Of a stretch of 64,000 bases of DNA, positions 43,416 to 57,712 are shown one piece after another. The DNA is taken from the NCBI RefSeq assembly GCF_009914755.1, contig NC_060942.1. One strand, given 5' to 3'. Positions within the stretch are counted from its first letter, which is position 1. Every line of letters begins with the position of its first letter. The translations under genes were made by a program, and so were the position numbers. The notes under the pieces are model-generated. The model worked only from the letters and a program-made list of their open reading frames with translations, ran no database searches and was not told where the DNA came from. Source of the stretch: the human T2T-CHM13v2.0 reference genome, Homo sapiens.

Positions 43416-45800
43416 TGTAGGGTAACTTTTTTTTCCCCCTCGGCCCATCTGAAAAGATTCCACACAAATCTATAATTCTAGCAAAATGAAATCTTTTCCC
43501 TATATAAAATGCCATTCTCTATCAATTTATACCTGGTCATTCAAAATCTAAGTGATTTTTTTCTATGTGGGAGGTGGGGGGAATGACATTCTTTAATTGT
43601 GAAATAGCACATATTTTTAATGATATATTTTACTGTTCTAAACTCAAATGGAATAGCTCGCAGGACCCCCTTCCCCCTCCCAAGAGTGGTTTCATTCATT
43701 CCCTGTTCATTCGTGTGTGATTTAACATTGTTATGAGAGAACAGAGGATAAAGGCCTGCCTTTGAAAAAGGGCATGTATTTATTGCCACTTTTTATAGGA
43801 GTACTTTCAAGGCTTCCCAGAAATGCATGTGGCAATTTTATTCAGCATCAGAATTTAATTTGTTGAATTCATTTTAGACCTAGGGTCCTCGTTGTTTGTG
43901 AGCTTCCAGGGTAGGTGGAATTTAAAGTCTAGTAGAATTTGGGAAGTGAAGCAATGTCAGGTTTGCTTTGCTTTTTTTTTATTTGCCCTTCCAGCACTTT
44001 TATTTCTCCTTTCAGCATCTTGACCCTAGCATTGGGTTTGCTTGTGGGGAATGCCACAGAGCTCTACCCTCCTCAGGAAGCGCCTTACTGTCCTGGATCT
44101 ACCGGGCTCCTCCTCCTTTAATGGAAGCCTGTTCTTAACTGGTGAGTTGTTGTGGGGAAAAAAAAATTAGACTACATGTATGTTTCTTGTAAAATAAAGA
44201 AATTGGTCTAGATGATATCCAAGACCCCTCAAAAATTGAATTTTTTAAAGTGTCAGAGTGAACACAATAAGCCATGTTGTTATACATTTAGAAAATGTAT
44301 TCTTACTTGATGGCATCTTTATACCTCCTTATTCCAATCCAACTTTGTGTTTTATAGTTTTCAACAAGAGTGTTTGGGAGAGTAGGAGAGGGGGGCAACT
44401 TTTGTGCCTTCAGCACCCAACAAAATGCTGTCAGCTAATACTTGCTTAGTCATGTGTATATGTTTCTTGAAACTTCTCAGCCTTCACCTAAAAATTCACC
44501 CTTTAAATATTACTTTATAATCCAGCTTATGGGTAGTTGGTTCTCGAATAAAATGATATTTTGCTGGAAAAAAGGAATCGAATTTATGCAGACTCAATGC
44601 TCTATTTTAACGTGAATGGTGTTTTTCATACACTGACTTTCATGGTACTCTCAAGGTTGCAGTATTACATTCCCCTACAAATTTTGTTTTATCATTAAAG
44701 CCCAGAATATCTAAATGAGAAAAGTATACTTTCTGCAAAGAATTGCAGACATTTCAGTTAAAAGTCAATCCAGTGAGTGCAAACATTCACAAAAGGAACT
44801 AAAATGCGGAAATATCCAAAATACATGTCAAAGAAAACATGAGGATTATGGACAACCAAAATCAATCTTTTCAAGCACAAAACAGTCCTTCTAAAAAGAC
44901 TTAGATTCCGTGTGCGGTCCATAGTCGTAGGCTTGAATAGAATGTTCTTTCAATTTTGGGGCTGCAATCATTTACTGAAGCATTTATTGATTGAAAAAGC
45001 CTTGGGAGAATTCTGATTATCCCAACGTTTTTCACTTGAAGAGAAAGTGGCAGCTTTTTTACTTCATTTTATGCAAAATTACAGTAATTGGTGTCTGACC
45101 TTTTTGATATGGACTGTTAAGCATTGCACTGCTGGATCTCTTCACAGAATCAATTATTTTAATTATGCCATGTGACAAGAAGAATCCAGGACATAAACAA
45201 GAAAAGAAGATTTAAATAAAATGGAAAACATATTTTTTTCTCCATAATATAAAAGTGCTATTAATGATAAACTTGACCAATTATGGGATTTTAGCATTTA
45301 TATTTTAAATCTAATTTTCATTTCAAAATAAGTACACTTTCATAGACGAAGACAATTTAATGAATACACTGAATGAAAACATTGATTCTCTCAAAAAAAA
45401 ATAGACAAAGAATAGAAGAAAAAATAAACAATCTAAATACATGACTTAAAAATGCTGTAGAGATGTCAATTCTTTTAGAATGGCATTTTACTGCAAGACT
45501 CAGAAAAAGATAAACATTTTAAGAACTACCTTTTATATACCAATGTAAACCCAGGTCCGTAAGACTGAAAGCTATCTGAAAAAAACATGACAATAAAAAT
45601 TGTAATGAAATAACTATTATATCAGATAAGTTTTCATTTTCAACCAATAGGAATGCCTGGAATCTATTTTTATTAACCCCTCTTTTTCCAGTAAAGCCTT
45701 TGAGTTCGGTGGTTGATGCTAGCATATCATACTCAGCTCAATAATCTTAATCTATCTCTTCCCATATTTGGATTTAACACCATCATCTGCAAAACTCTAT

Positions 45801-45910
45801 ACAGATGCTACAAAGCTTATGATGGGGTTATATCATTTGACTTGCCATATTCTCAACTGATGATAGTTTTATTGGACATTAAACCCTAGCATAGTAAATC
45901 AAAGGGAGTA
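45801..45910. mobile_element. MER47/Tigger5-like fragment
   Basis: ta|cagatgctacaaagcttatgatggggttat matches the MER47 terminus as recalled. Confidence 0.5.
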
Positions 45911-46739
45911 CGGACTGCATATCCCTTTCACCCCATTGCTAATTAAAAAATCAAATCATAGGTCAAAGCATTTTAAGTTGGGGATCATCTGTACTTGGAC
46001 ACATATAGACAACTCAGATTTCATCTTCTCTTGAGAGCCCAATTCTACATATGTATTAAAATAATTTACCAAGATAATTGTGCTTATACATATATAAACA
46101 CAAAATATGCAGAGATTGGGGGAAAATGATTTTGGTTTTTTAAAGTGATATTTGTTAGCTTGTACAATCATTTCACTTCTAAAATGACCAAATAAGAAAA
46201 GAGTCTGAACATTTTGCTCTCATATAGCCAAAAAAATTCTGAAAAGAACCAGGAGGCAGGATACTCTAAAGGAACTATGTGATCATGATGGTGAACCTCC
46301 CGATGTCTCTCCGTCCCCATTGCATTGGCCCTGACTCAGTGGTTCAGTGAATGCTACCTGGCTGGTGGTAGGGACAAGCAGGACAGATATGACTAATTGT
46401 CTTCAGGAAATGTCTTATAAAACAAGAAACAGACTTAATTACTGAAACTAATCTGGGAGTCTCGAGGCTTACTAGCCAGCTGAAGGGCCCTGTCAGAGGT
46501 GTTGTCAACCTGTGCATTTACAGGAATAGTCCGTGCCGCCCCCACCCCCCAAGAAAAAATTGTAAACATTACCCTTCAGGGAAACTGGAACAATACTTTA
46601 CATGTAGAATCGAGATTTTTAACTTGCCTCCCTCCCCAAAAAATAGTGAATTGCACCTTATTAAGGTAATAAGAGACTTTAAGTGCTTATGAAAACACCA
46701 CTAGAGATTCATGTAGCTCTCAGATGACTTCAGGGATCT

Positions 46740-47330
46740 CCCCAAAATGACACTCCTTTTGGTTACTGTGGGGAGTTACACACAGGGACAACATACCCTG
46801 TGCACAGTTATCCCTACAATGGGAATCACCAAATTAGAAATGGTGGTACCGGTTAGGTTCCTGGTTCTATCTGCAGTAGTAATGACATCACCTCTGAAAG
46901 GCAAACCACACAGCCTCAACTCACTGGCCAGTGTTGTTATGGAGGATAGAATTTCCCTAGACTTCTTCTTATGGGACATGGAGGAGTTGTGCAATGACTA
47001 ATACATCCTGCTATGCATGCATTAAATCCTCAGGCAAAACAGAAAGGCCAATTCAGAAAGCTGAGAAAGCCATTTGATTTTCTAAGGTATACTACAGTTG
47101 TTAGAGGGATTTGTTCAGCTGTCTGGGTCCAGGGCCCAGGAGGTCATGGTTAAAATCAGTACCCTTGGTTAGCCTCATTCTGCTGCTTGGCATTGTGTTG
47201 ATAATAACCTTAATACATTTTACTAAGACACAATGAACATATCTGGGTTTAGCTGTTTCAGGCAGGTTAATCAGAGTGACTGACAGTGGTGTTTTTCATG
47301 GGAAAATTCACCAGAATCCAAAGCAGTGTA
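46740..47330 (+). pseudogene. Endogenous retrovirus env transmembrane-subunit remnant
   Basis: ORF 46747..47001 has SLNSLASVVMEDRISLDFFL (immunosuppressive-domain-like). Shifted frames give GGV/CAMTNTSCY (degenerate CX6CC). A downstream hydrophobic stretch reads SWLKSVPLVSLILLLGIVLII. Confidence 0.75.
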
Positions 47331-47359
47331 TAAACTAGGGATAGATATATTGGGAGGAA

Positions 47360-48178
<819 letters not shown>

Positions 48179-48699
48179 CATAAATCATGCTTTCTATTTA
48201 ATCTGATTCAAACATAAATCATGCTTTCTATTTAAATTTCTTTTCAGTTTTATAGGGAAGATGACATTAAAACTCTTAATCCATTATTTTTCAAATACCA
48301 TTTAAATCAGTACATTTAGAGCTACCCATTACTATTTTGTTTATGTCATGTATTTTTTCCTGCAACAAATAAAACACTTCATGAAAATGTCCAGGTAAAT
48401 GACTTGACACTGGAGGAAGGGCTATGTAAAATACATTTTAGAAACATGAAGAATGTAGCATAAAGAACCTAGAAAATCTATTCTTAGAAGGGTTGCATGC
48501 AACTGTAAGCCTTCCTATTGCTACATATCAATATATTTTGCAGTATTCTAAATAAATTAATTTATTCAAACAGAAAATGTGTCTGTCTTTGGGAAGGAAA
48601 ATTGAATATGTTCATTCACCTATCATATATTCATCACTTAGCTAAATACACAAAAACGTGATCCTTGTTTAAAAAGAACTTGTGCTCAACACACAAGCT

Positions 48700-48940
48700 T
48701 TTACATATTTTCTTATTCAAAAACAGATGAAACTAACTCATGGTGCTAGAATTAAAGACAGTAGTTGCCTTTGGGTGGAGTTGTAAACGGAAGCTGGCAT
48801 GAGGCAAGCTTCTACAGTGCTGCTAATGTCTTATTTCTCATCCCAAGTGCTGGTTGCATGGATTAAAGCTACGCACTTAGTAGTTTTTGTTTTTGTCTTA
48901 TTCTGTCTGCAAGGTATACTTCAATAACAAAGTTACTTTA
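48700..48940 (+). mobile_element. L1ME-like 3' end
   Basis: aaactaactcatggtgctagaattaaagacagtagttgcctttggg...tacttcaataacaaag. Confidence 0.6.
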
Positions 48941-48946
48941 AAAATG

Positions 48947-49784
48947 TGGCAATTGTCTCCTTTTCCTGCTGTGTGGAGATGCTCTGCACCACGTGCTTCT
49001 CCACCCAATTTATCACGTGTTCTTGTTCCTTTCAACACATCATGTTCTGCACAGATATATGATAGTCCAGGCGATTCTTTACTTCCTTATATACTCTATA
49101 CAGTCGTTCCCGGTAAGTAACTTCCAAAGCCATAGCAATGTTATTCCTTTGCACATCAAAAAGGTAATGGCGCTTCTGAACCAGTGCCTGTTGTGACTTC
49201 TCCATATCAATTGCATTCTGGATTTGTTGGATGGAAGCCTGCTTCGCCTCTTCTAGTTGGGCAAGGTTTTGCTCATTGAGTTTATCAGCAAAGTCTGCAA
49301 CAAAGGGACCATATTTTTTAATTCCATAGACCATTACACCTAGTACTGATAGGGCAGTGAAGGTCTCTGCGCTAATCACATATATTCCTTTGCGGACCTA
49401 AAGCTGCTGGCAAAGAAGGCTCAAGCACAGCCAATTATGTAAATGTATCTATCCCAATTGAGACAGCTAGAAACAGTTGACTGACTAAATGGAAACTAGT
49501 CTATTTGACAACGTCTTTCTGTGTTGGTGTCTACTGAAGTTATAGTTTACCCTTCCTAAAAATGAAAAGTTTGTTTCATATAGTGAGAGAACGAAATCTC
49601 TATCGGCCAGTCAGATGTTTCTCATCCTTCTTGCTCTGCCTTTGAGTTGTTCCATGATCACTTCTGAATAAGCAGTTTGCCTTTATAAAAACTTGCTGCC
49701 TGACTAAAGATTAACAGGTTATAGTTTAAATTTGTAATTAATTCTACCGTCTTGCAATAAAGTGACAACTGAATGAAAAAAAAA
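48947..49784 (+). pseudogene. ATP5PB: Processed pseudogene of ATP synthase peripheral stalk subunit b, 5'-truncated with 5' inversion
   Basis: Minus strand 48947-49392 encodes ISAETFTALSVLGVMVYGIKKYGPFVADFADKLNEQ...ETIA with a premature TGA (49032-49034). Plus strand 49390-49433 encodes ADLKLLAKKAQAQPIM*, followed by 3'UTR, AATAAA (49756-49761) and a short A-tail. Intronless. TSD aaaaatgtggca at 48940-48951 and 49780-49791. Confidence 0.95.
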
Positions 49785-49799
49785 TGTGGCATTATGAGG

Positions 49800-50235
49800 G
49801 TGCAGAAAAGGGATGTTTGACCTAGAGGGCAAAAAATCTTCTTAAAGAAAGCAATGCCTGAAGAGTCATAAAGAGTGGAGTTAACATAGTATTAATAGAA
49901 TTGGAACATTAGGAGGTTCATTTGAGGACAGGGGACTACATGAAGATGTGGAAGGAAAGAGAAGCTGAAATGGTGTTGAAAAAATCATGCAAGAAATAGC
50001 TTGAAAAGATGGCATTGGAGACAGTATAGGGAAAGATTATAAGGACCTTTTTTATACTGTCAAGGAACTTAGGTTTTATAAGCCAATAAAGAGGAAAAGT
50101 CTTAATATTTTGAATTGATACATCCTTGTAGTACCCTATTGAGGATTGATTTAAGGGCATCAAAGTGGAAAATACTCAGCTCCAGTACCAGAGAGTCAAG
50201 GCTGTGGATTTGAGATCTGCTTAGGGTGCAAATGG
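49800..50235 (-). mobile_element. L2 fragment
   Basis: Purine-rich, with ttaaggaacttaggttttat-like and tggatttgagat motifs of antisense L2. Confidence 0.5.
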
Positions 50236-51188
50236 AAAGATCGGATAGGTACCTGTTCCCCTGTGTCTATGTGCAAGGTGTGTCTAGAGAGGTGTTCTTT
50301 TTCATCAAATTCTATAGGGTTATTAAAGAATAAAACTCATGGCCTCTCAGCTCCAAATTAAGGCTTTGTCAAAAATCTCCCCATTTCTTGGGTGTCTTGC
50401 ATTCTGTTTCTTGGGTGTGCTGGGTTCTTAAGCTTTGATATGTTGGAGGAAGGGGGAGGAAGAGGAAACAAAGGCTCAGTCAGGGTTTTGCTAGTATCTT
50501 TATTTAAATCTGCAAATAAAAAAAAATTACCCAAGACAAGATACTAGTAAACTCTATCCAGTGGGGAACCGCCAATGGCACTGTTATAATACTCGAGTTC
50601 ACATTTGTCTTCAACTTTCCCTTAAGGGCCAGGTGGAGAGGCTCTCTAATTTTAGGTCCATTCACTGGTAAGCATTCCGACATTTTTTTTTTCAATTGGT
50701 ATCCAAGGTTTTCATTAATTATGCAGTACAAATCCTTTTAATATTGCACATTTTCATTGTCCTAGGGTTATGATAACAAAACAATACCCTTGAAGGTTGA
50801 AAATATATTTCATTCAGCCCAGTTGATTTTTGCATACTGATTACTTTATATCCCAGCAGTTAATCTTCAAGCTTGGTGTCATTTCAGTTTCTTAATTTAT
50901 ACTTATCTCAGACCCCAGACACAGAAAACATGCAAATGGAAAAAGAAATGTGAAGTCTGACAATGAGTTTAATTTCTACGGCTCACTTTTCCATCCATTG
51001 CAATCATTAAATTGTGAATGTTCCTTTGACATTGAGCTCTTCCACTTACATTTGTCTAACGACTATGCTAAAATCAAAATGAAAATGCTTTTTCTATTAA
51101 AGAGTTCACAACATGTAGCATATGAAATATATAACATATAACACAATTCAGTATAATTATGCACTAAAATATGTGTATATGTACCTGG

Positions 51189-51374
51189 GTGTGTGTGTTT
51201 ATATATATATATGTGTATATATATATATACACATATATATGTATATATATGTGTATATATATATATACACATATATATGTATATATATGTGTATATATAT
51301 ATATACACATATATATGTATATATATACACATATATATGTATATATATACACATATATGTGTATATATATATGT
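51189..51374. repeat. Compound (TA)/(CA)/(TG) microsatellite with higher-order unit
   Basis: Repeats of gtgtatatatatatatacacatatatatgtatatatat. Confidence 0.95.
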
Positions 51375-52099
51375 AAGTTTACATGGAGAGACATTCTGCT
51401 TCAAAATTCAGAAAGAAATGTTCATATATATAAGTTCATTAAAATTATTTTATTTGGCCTTTTATCATATTATTTTTCATGAGAAAATATAGACATACTT
51501 TGCAACAAATTACATACCATACATTCATCTCAATGGGATATTTGTTATAACTAATGAACATAGCTTAATTCTGAATATGATCCATGTTTTTAAATGGTCT
51601 TTACATTTAAATTTTCTATTTCTCCCTCTCTGATTATCTTGCATGTTATCACCCCAAAAAGTTGGCAAACATTTACTGAATTTATACTATGTTTAGTATA
51701 AGAATCATTTTTTAAATATTCAAAAAGGTAAAAATATAAAATTATAATATTTCAAAATTATACTAAAAGATACAGTATTACATGAGACATAAAACATACA
51801 TACAAAATATTGTTTGTGTCCAAAAAAAAGAACATTACCACCTGGAAGAAATAAGAAAGATTCCTGAATGTGGTTACTACTAAGAGACTTGTGAAATTTA
51901 AAATGCAGTTAAAATGTATTTCTTACTAACTTATCCATAATTTTATTTGATGTGGTGCTATGCATAGCTAAAACTAACATCTCAGTTGCTATTTTTTCTA
52001 GTGGTAATCGTTTAACAAAGTTTTAGCCAAGGAAACATAAGCAATAGTCTGTCAGCAATGTCTGTATACATTTTTGTTCACTACATCTTGTTTCTCTCT

Positions 52100-52173
52100 C
52101 TTAATCTTCCTCAGTAAAGTGTTCAAATATAATGCCTTAATCTTCCACAATAAAGTGTTCAAATATAATGCCT
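52100..52173. repeat. Tandem duplication, period 36
   Basis: cttaatcttcc(t/a)ca(g/a)taaagtgttcaaatataatgc x2. Confidence 0.9.
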
Positions 52174-53580
52174 GAGATTGAGAAACTGTCTTGTGACCAG
52201 GAGAGTAAAGCCACCATCTAAGGGTTATTTAGGTATGAAAGACATGAGAGGCAGTGACCTTGGTGGCATCCTAGAAAAATTTGGAGCAGATATGAAAGGT
52301 CTGCCTTCTGATTTCCTCTCAAGTGTGATTCACAAAACTCTATCAAGTCTTATTAATTGTTTACAACAACACCATGCTACCTGTAGCCAAATGCAACCCC
52401 AACTGACACACTTATCCAGACAAAAGACTGAAATTTATGTAGAGAAGGCACATATTCTCTTGCAATTTTCTGACTAAACTGACATGTAATGGTGCCGATT
52501 TTTGATCCACTTGTTTGAATGTTGCATTTTTTCACCATAAAGAAGAGGGAAGTAATTTAAAAATGTATTAACTGTACATGTTCTATTTTACAGATTCACA
52601 TTAAATCACCACAATGGCACAAAGGTTCGAATTGTCACATCAAACTCATAGAAATCCTAGACCATAATGAAAAAAATTTAATTCATTTACTAATGAATTA
52701 AAGGACATAGGCAATTATGAGACACAAATCAGTCTTCCTTTGGAGACATCAAGACTGTCAGAAATAGCTTCCCAGTATGGTCCTTTATCTCTGGCTTCAA
52801 GATGTATTCTGGTTTATGTTCAATCAGGGAGATTTGTTCCAAGAAATATATGTTAAATGATTACTGAGACATGAAGGAATATCTTCACGTTGTATCACAC
52901 TAATAACATGGCTTATGCGACTTATCCCATTTTTCCCTTTATTTACTGTAAATGAACCTAGGATTTGTTGATTTATGGTATAGTAAATAACCTAAATAGA
53001 CCTGGTATGTCCTGATAAAAATTTCATGTATAAAACTCTGTTTTCTTTCCCTTGGTACAAAAACACTCATGTGTTTATTAAAAGATCTGTTTACTTGCAT
53101 GACTGTAAAAAGATTTGATTAGTAACACTCCTTCTTCCTAAGTTTCTCAGGAATAGGGAAGAAATGAGTTCTAAACCTTTTCTTGCCCGCCACCCACCAC
53201 CAAACTGGCCTTGCTGTGACTTCAGTCTTCTTCATCCAGAAATAACTTAGAGTAAGTCCTTGTTTCTCAAGTTATTTTCCATTTGAAAGCCATCAGATTT
53301 GGGTTGGCATTTGTGTGAGTGAGAAACAAAATTTTATCATGTTGAGTACTGAGATTTGTGGGCTTTTAAAATTTGGCAGCTAGATATTCTTATTAAAATA
53401 TTGTTTTTTATCTATAAATGTACATCATTACGTCTTTTCCTAAACCATTAACAACAACCAGGCAAAAGCATAATACTAGACTACATATTTTTCAAATAGT
53501 CACACTCATTAATTCATTTATGCCAAGTTCTATCATCGTGAGATACAACCACATACAACCATTACAGTACCTGTCAGGTT

Positions 53581-53660
53581 CTATTAATCTCTGTAAATAA
53601 AAACCACATGAAGGTATTAACTATTAATCTCTCTAAATAAAAACCACATGAAGGTATTAA
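53581..53660. repeat. Tandem duplication, period 40
   Basis: ctattaatctct(g/c)taaataaaaaccacatgaaggtattaa x2, one mismatch. Confidence 0.95.
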
Positions 53661-56404
53661 TGATAACTTGTTCTTTGGTGTAAAAGCTTCAGAAGTCATA
53701 AAGGACATACTAAATAATGACTTATTCCCTCTGAAATGAATTATGACTACCTTTTTTGGTTTTATTCTACATTGTCCTTATTAATTACTAAAATAATTTT
53801 TTATTTCTTATAAGTTTTCTTTTACTTACACTCCCTCCTATTCGTGTTAATAGTTCGTTAGTGAAAATATATCCTTAATCCATGTCTTCCAAACTACAGT
53901 CTTGGACTAGCCAAAATAAGAAATCATTTAAATTCATAAACCAGAAAGTTACATGAACAGTTCTGTGTAGCATCTATATTAGTTACATAGATATACTTCT
54001 AGATTCGGTCTGTATTATTTATCACAATACTACATGGTTTATCTATTGAAAGCATAACTGAATACGGGTTTAAGCACACTTTCTATTTAATTTTCACTCA
54101 TTGAAATTGTCCAAAAATGTTCAAGGAAGTTCAAGGCTTCTCTGCACATTAAGTGATCCAAATCGGCAGATGCTCTGCTACGTTATACACATCATTTCAA
54201 AGATTGTTCTGGATATCAACATCTGGCTAGTAACAAGGCAAGAAGCATGGAAGAGCATGAGTGGGAAAGTTCGATAGCAGGTGTGGAGGTTGGAGGAAGT
54301 CAACCCTGCTCCATTCTATGGGTGACATCAGGTTTCCAGGCGAGAATAAGAAATGTCATCTAGCTGTACATTCTAGAGAAAAGAGAATGGGTTTTGATGA
54401 TCATGATCAGTCTCTGCTACTACATCCATAAAGGCGGTTTTGAGATTCCTATTCTTTTTGTGTGAAAGCTCAAAATTTCAGTTCAAAACGCATAAAAATG
54501 ACAAGGTCTTTTAATAATTTGCTTTTCTGCCTAGACGTATTTTAAGAGTGCTAATTATGCCCAATTAATAAGTAGTGCATAGCAGTTAGTAGGCTTGGTG
54601 AGACAAAGATTTTTCTTCATCATACAAGTGCCGGTCACAAGAGAGACCTCTCTTCCCCATTGGCCAAGTCAACATTATTTGTTGCCAAATGACTGCTCAC
54701 AAGCAAAGACTCACCTATCACCATGACACATCCCTTACTTGCTGGTGAAGTATCACAGTATTTTTTTTCCTTAAGATTTTTCTATTTTTTTCATGCATGT
54801 TGGATACAGCTTCAGAAGATTTAATATTAGACATTTTTATCTCCAAAATGAAAGGACCACTTATTTGCACTTCTGTCTTTTATTTTTCCTTCTTTATATT
54901 CCCTCAGGGTCATATTTTACTTCCTCCTGATTCATATTGGTATTGATTCCATTGGCCTTATTCAGAATATTTTGTTTCATTTTATACCATTTATTCTATC
55001 TTGTATAGAAAGTCCGTGTTCTTTCTCTTATGATAGAAAATAGAAAAAAAAATTGCAAAGATGGTTTGTCACCTTCAGTCCACTCATGAAAATTAGTCTG
55101 AATTTGTACATGTAGAGCTGTGCATTAGGAAGTTCTTTTCAGAGGAGAAATAATGAAAAAAATATTGCGGACCTGAGCAATGAAGGTCACTGTGAGAATA
55201 ATTGTTTAAAAGATGATTAAAGTGAGTCATACTGCTGAGGCAGAAATGCAAAGCATGAAATAACGCTGGTTAGTGAGAAAAAGGGTGGGCAGGAGAAGGT
55301 TAAAGATATCTCTGAAGTTTAAGTTTGTATAAAACAACTGGGAAAATAGAAGAAAAACATTCAAGAATAAATATATGTATTCATTTTTAGGCGTAGGTAC
55401 CCATATTTAAAGACAGAGATAATCACACTGACATTTTAAAAAGTAATTTTCTTTAAGAGCATATTTTTGCTCTCAAGCACCTCCTGGAATATATGCTGTA
55501 ATCATCAGATACTCTTAGTGACTATCCCGGATAATTTGTTTATGTGAAGGAAATAGGGTTATTTTGCTAACACTCCCGCAGAATACAGACGCGCTGTTCA
55601 TATATAATACATGCATTCAATCTCCACTGGAAGATTCTCCATCTGCAATGCCAGACCACATGAAGGATGGCATGTTGAGATGTGAACAACAGTACTTCTG
55701 GGACAGCTGACTGTGAGTCTACACCTGCTATTTCACTAACTCTCTATGCAGCCCTGGACAGGCTCCAGCATTTTGGAGCTCCACTTAATTTATTGAAAAA
55801 TGAAAACAACAATAATATAAAGTGTAAGTTAAGCAGACAATAGCTTTGAAAACTTCTCAGCTGAAAGGGAGGCTACAGCAAGAATTAGAAAAAGATTTTT
55901 CCCCATTCTCTTTCTGGTAAATGCCTAAATTCTAAAAGATAAATATAATAAATACACACACACACATATTCAGCTGTCAACCTTGAAAAAGTAATATTGA
56001 TGATATATTGATAAAACTAGTATCCCGAGAGCAGTTGAAAGGGAGTAATATTAACTTTGCTGCACACACATTATATAACATGCTGTCTGCATTATTTTCT
56101 TGTGTTGTAAGAACATAAGGAGTATTCAGAAAATATTAAATGTATGATAACTATGGACATAAAACAAAAAAGGAATACAGGAATACACTCTACTGAGTTG
56201 ACTTCTATTATTTTAGTTTCATGAATTTGATTAGGCTTAGAGTTCTGATGTGCAGAAAAGATCATAAATAACCAAAGGGAAGAAAAAAGAAAATGGGAAG
56301 AAAGAAAAGAAGGTGAACGTATTTGGATATGAGTTGTAATTTTTTACGATTGAATTTTAAAATTTTTAGAAAAAAAAGTCTTTTTTGGGGGGGCACTGGG
56401 GAGG

Positions 56405-56577
<173 letters not shown>

Positions 56578-57304
56578 TGAACAGATGGAAGGAAAAAAGG
56601 AAACTCAAAGAGGGAGAGAAAGCAAAGAAAAGGAAAAGAAAAAGAAAATAAATAAAGCTGACAAATCCTGACACCTTGTGATTTGCCTACAACAAAGAAT
56701 GAAAATCATCCAGATAAGAAGCAAACTTCCCTGACTTTTGTTCTTCCAATAGAACAGACAGCTTTTACTGATATAAATTTTAAAAATGGAAATTAAGGGC
56801 TACTTATTTCTTCTCATTTCTTTTTGAGGGAAAAAAATCATGCCTCAAATTGGTAATGGGTAGACCTATAAGATTAGCTTATAATAAAAGTCTGAAAAAA
56901 GATTTGCAGTCCACAAAATAAAAACACTTCTGGAAGTATCTGCTTATGTTATTGGAGTTTCTTGAGAGGATGAACATCTTCTAGTAATGAGATTATTGTT
57001 ATCATGATGCATCAGTGTGAGCTTACAAGGCCATTAGCCCAGGCAGAGCTTTCTGCAGGTGTCAGTCAATTTGGTATGATTTTAAACTTTTAAAAATTTT
57101 GTTTAAATCTAGTATTTCTCCATCAGCCAGGGAGTATTTAAAAATGCAATATCAGCTGATCCAACATATTTGATCCCTAGTAAGAGCCTTCTAAAGTATA
57201 AGCCTGTTAACTTGGGGTGTTACCTTTTTATGCCTGTTTGAGTTGTGATCACCGTAGTCTTTATTGGCCTTTCAGCAAAGTAAAAGTTTCTAAAAGAATG
57301 GAGC

Positions 57305-57372
57305 TCATGTACTCCCATAAATATATACACCTACTATGTTCCCACAAAATTAAAAATTAATAAAAAGAAAAA
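57305..57372 (+). mobile_element. L1MA extreme 3' end
   Basis: ctcatgtactcccataaatatatacacctactatgttcccacaaaattaaaaatt. Confidence 0.75.
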
Positions 57373-57488
57373 TAGAGTAAGGTAGTAAGGTATGAGAAGA
57401 AAGACAGAAACAGCTACAGCCAAGTTAGTTTTAGGGTACGCGGTAGTAGAGAGAAGTCGGGGAGACAAGAGGCAGTAAAGAGAATTAG

Positions 57489-57712
57489 GGCAGACTGGGC
57501 AACATAATGAGATCCCATCTCTAAAAAAATAAAACCAAAATTAGCCAGGTGTGTTGGTGCATGTCTGTAGTCCTAACTACTTAGAAGGCTGAGGCAGGAG
57601 GATTGCTTGAGCCAGGGAGGTTGAGGTCATAGTGAGCCATGATCAAACCAGTGCACTGCAGCCTGGGCGACAGAGCAAGACCTTGTTTCAAAAGAAACTA
57701 AAAGAGAGAGAG
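57489..57712 (+). mobile_element. AluJ-like, 5'-truncated
   Basis: ctgggcaacata...gaggattgcttgagcc...gacagagcaagacc. TSD agagaattag on both sides. Confidence 0.9.

Noticed and set aside
49032-49379. 115-aa ATP synthase subunit b ORF as a real CDS
   Set aside because: Lacks the N-terminus, starts at GTG, ends at a premature stop, and its C-terminus lies on the other strand.
51063-51492. Five overlapping Y/I/C-rich ORFs
   Set aside because: Translations of a TA/CA microsatellite.
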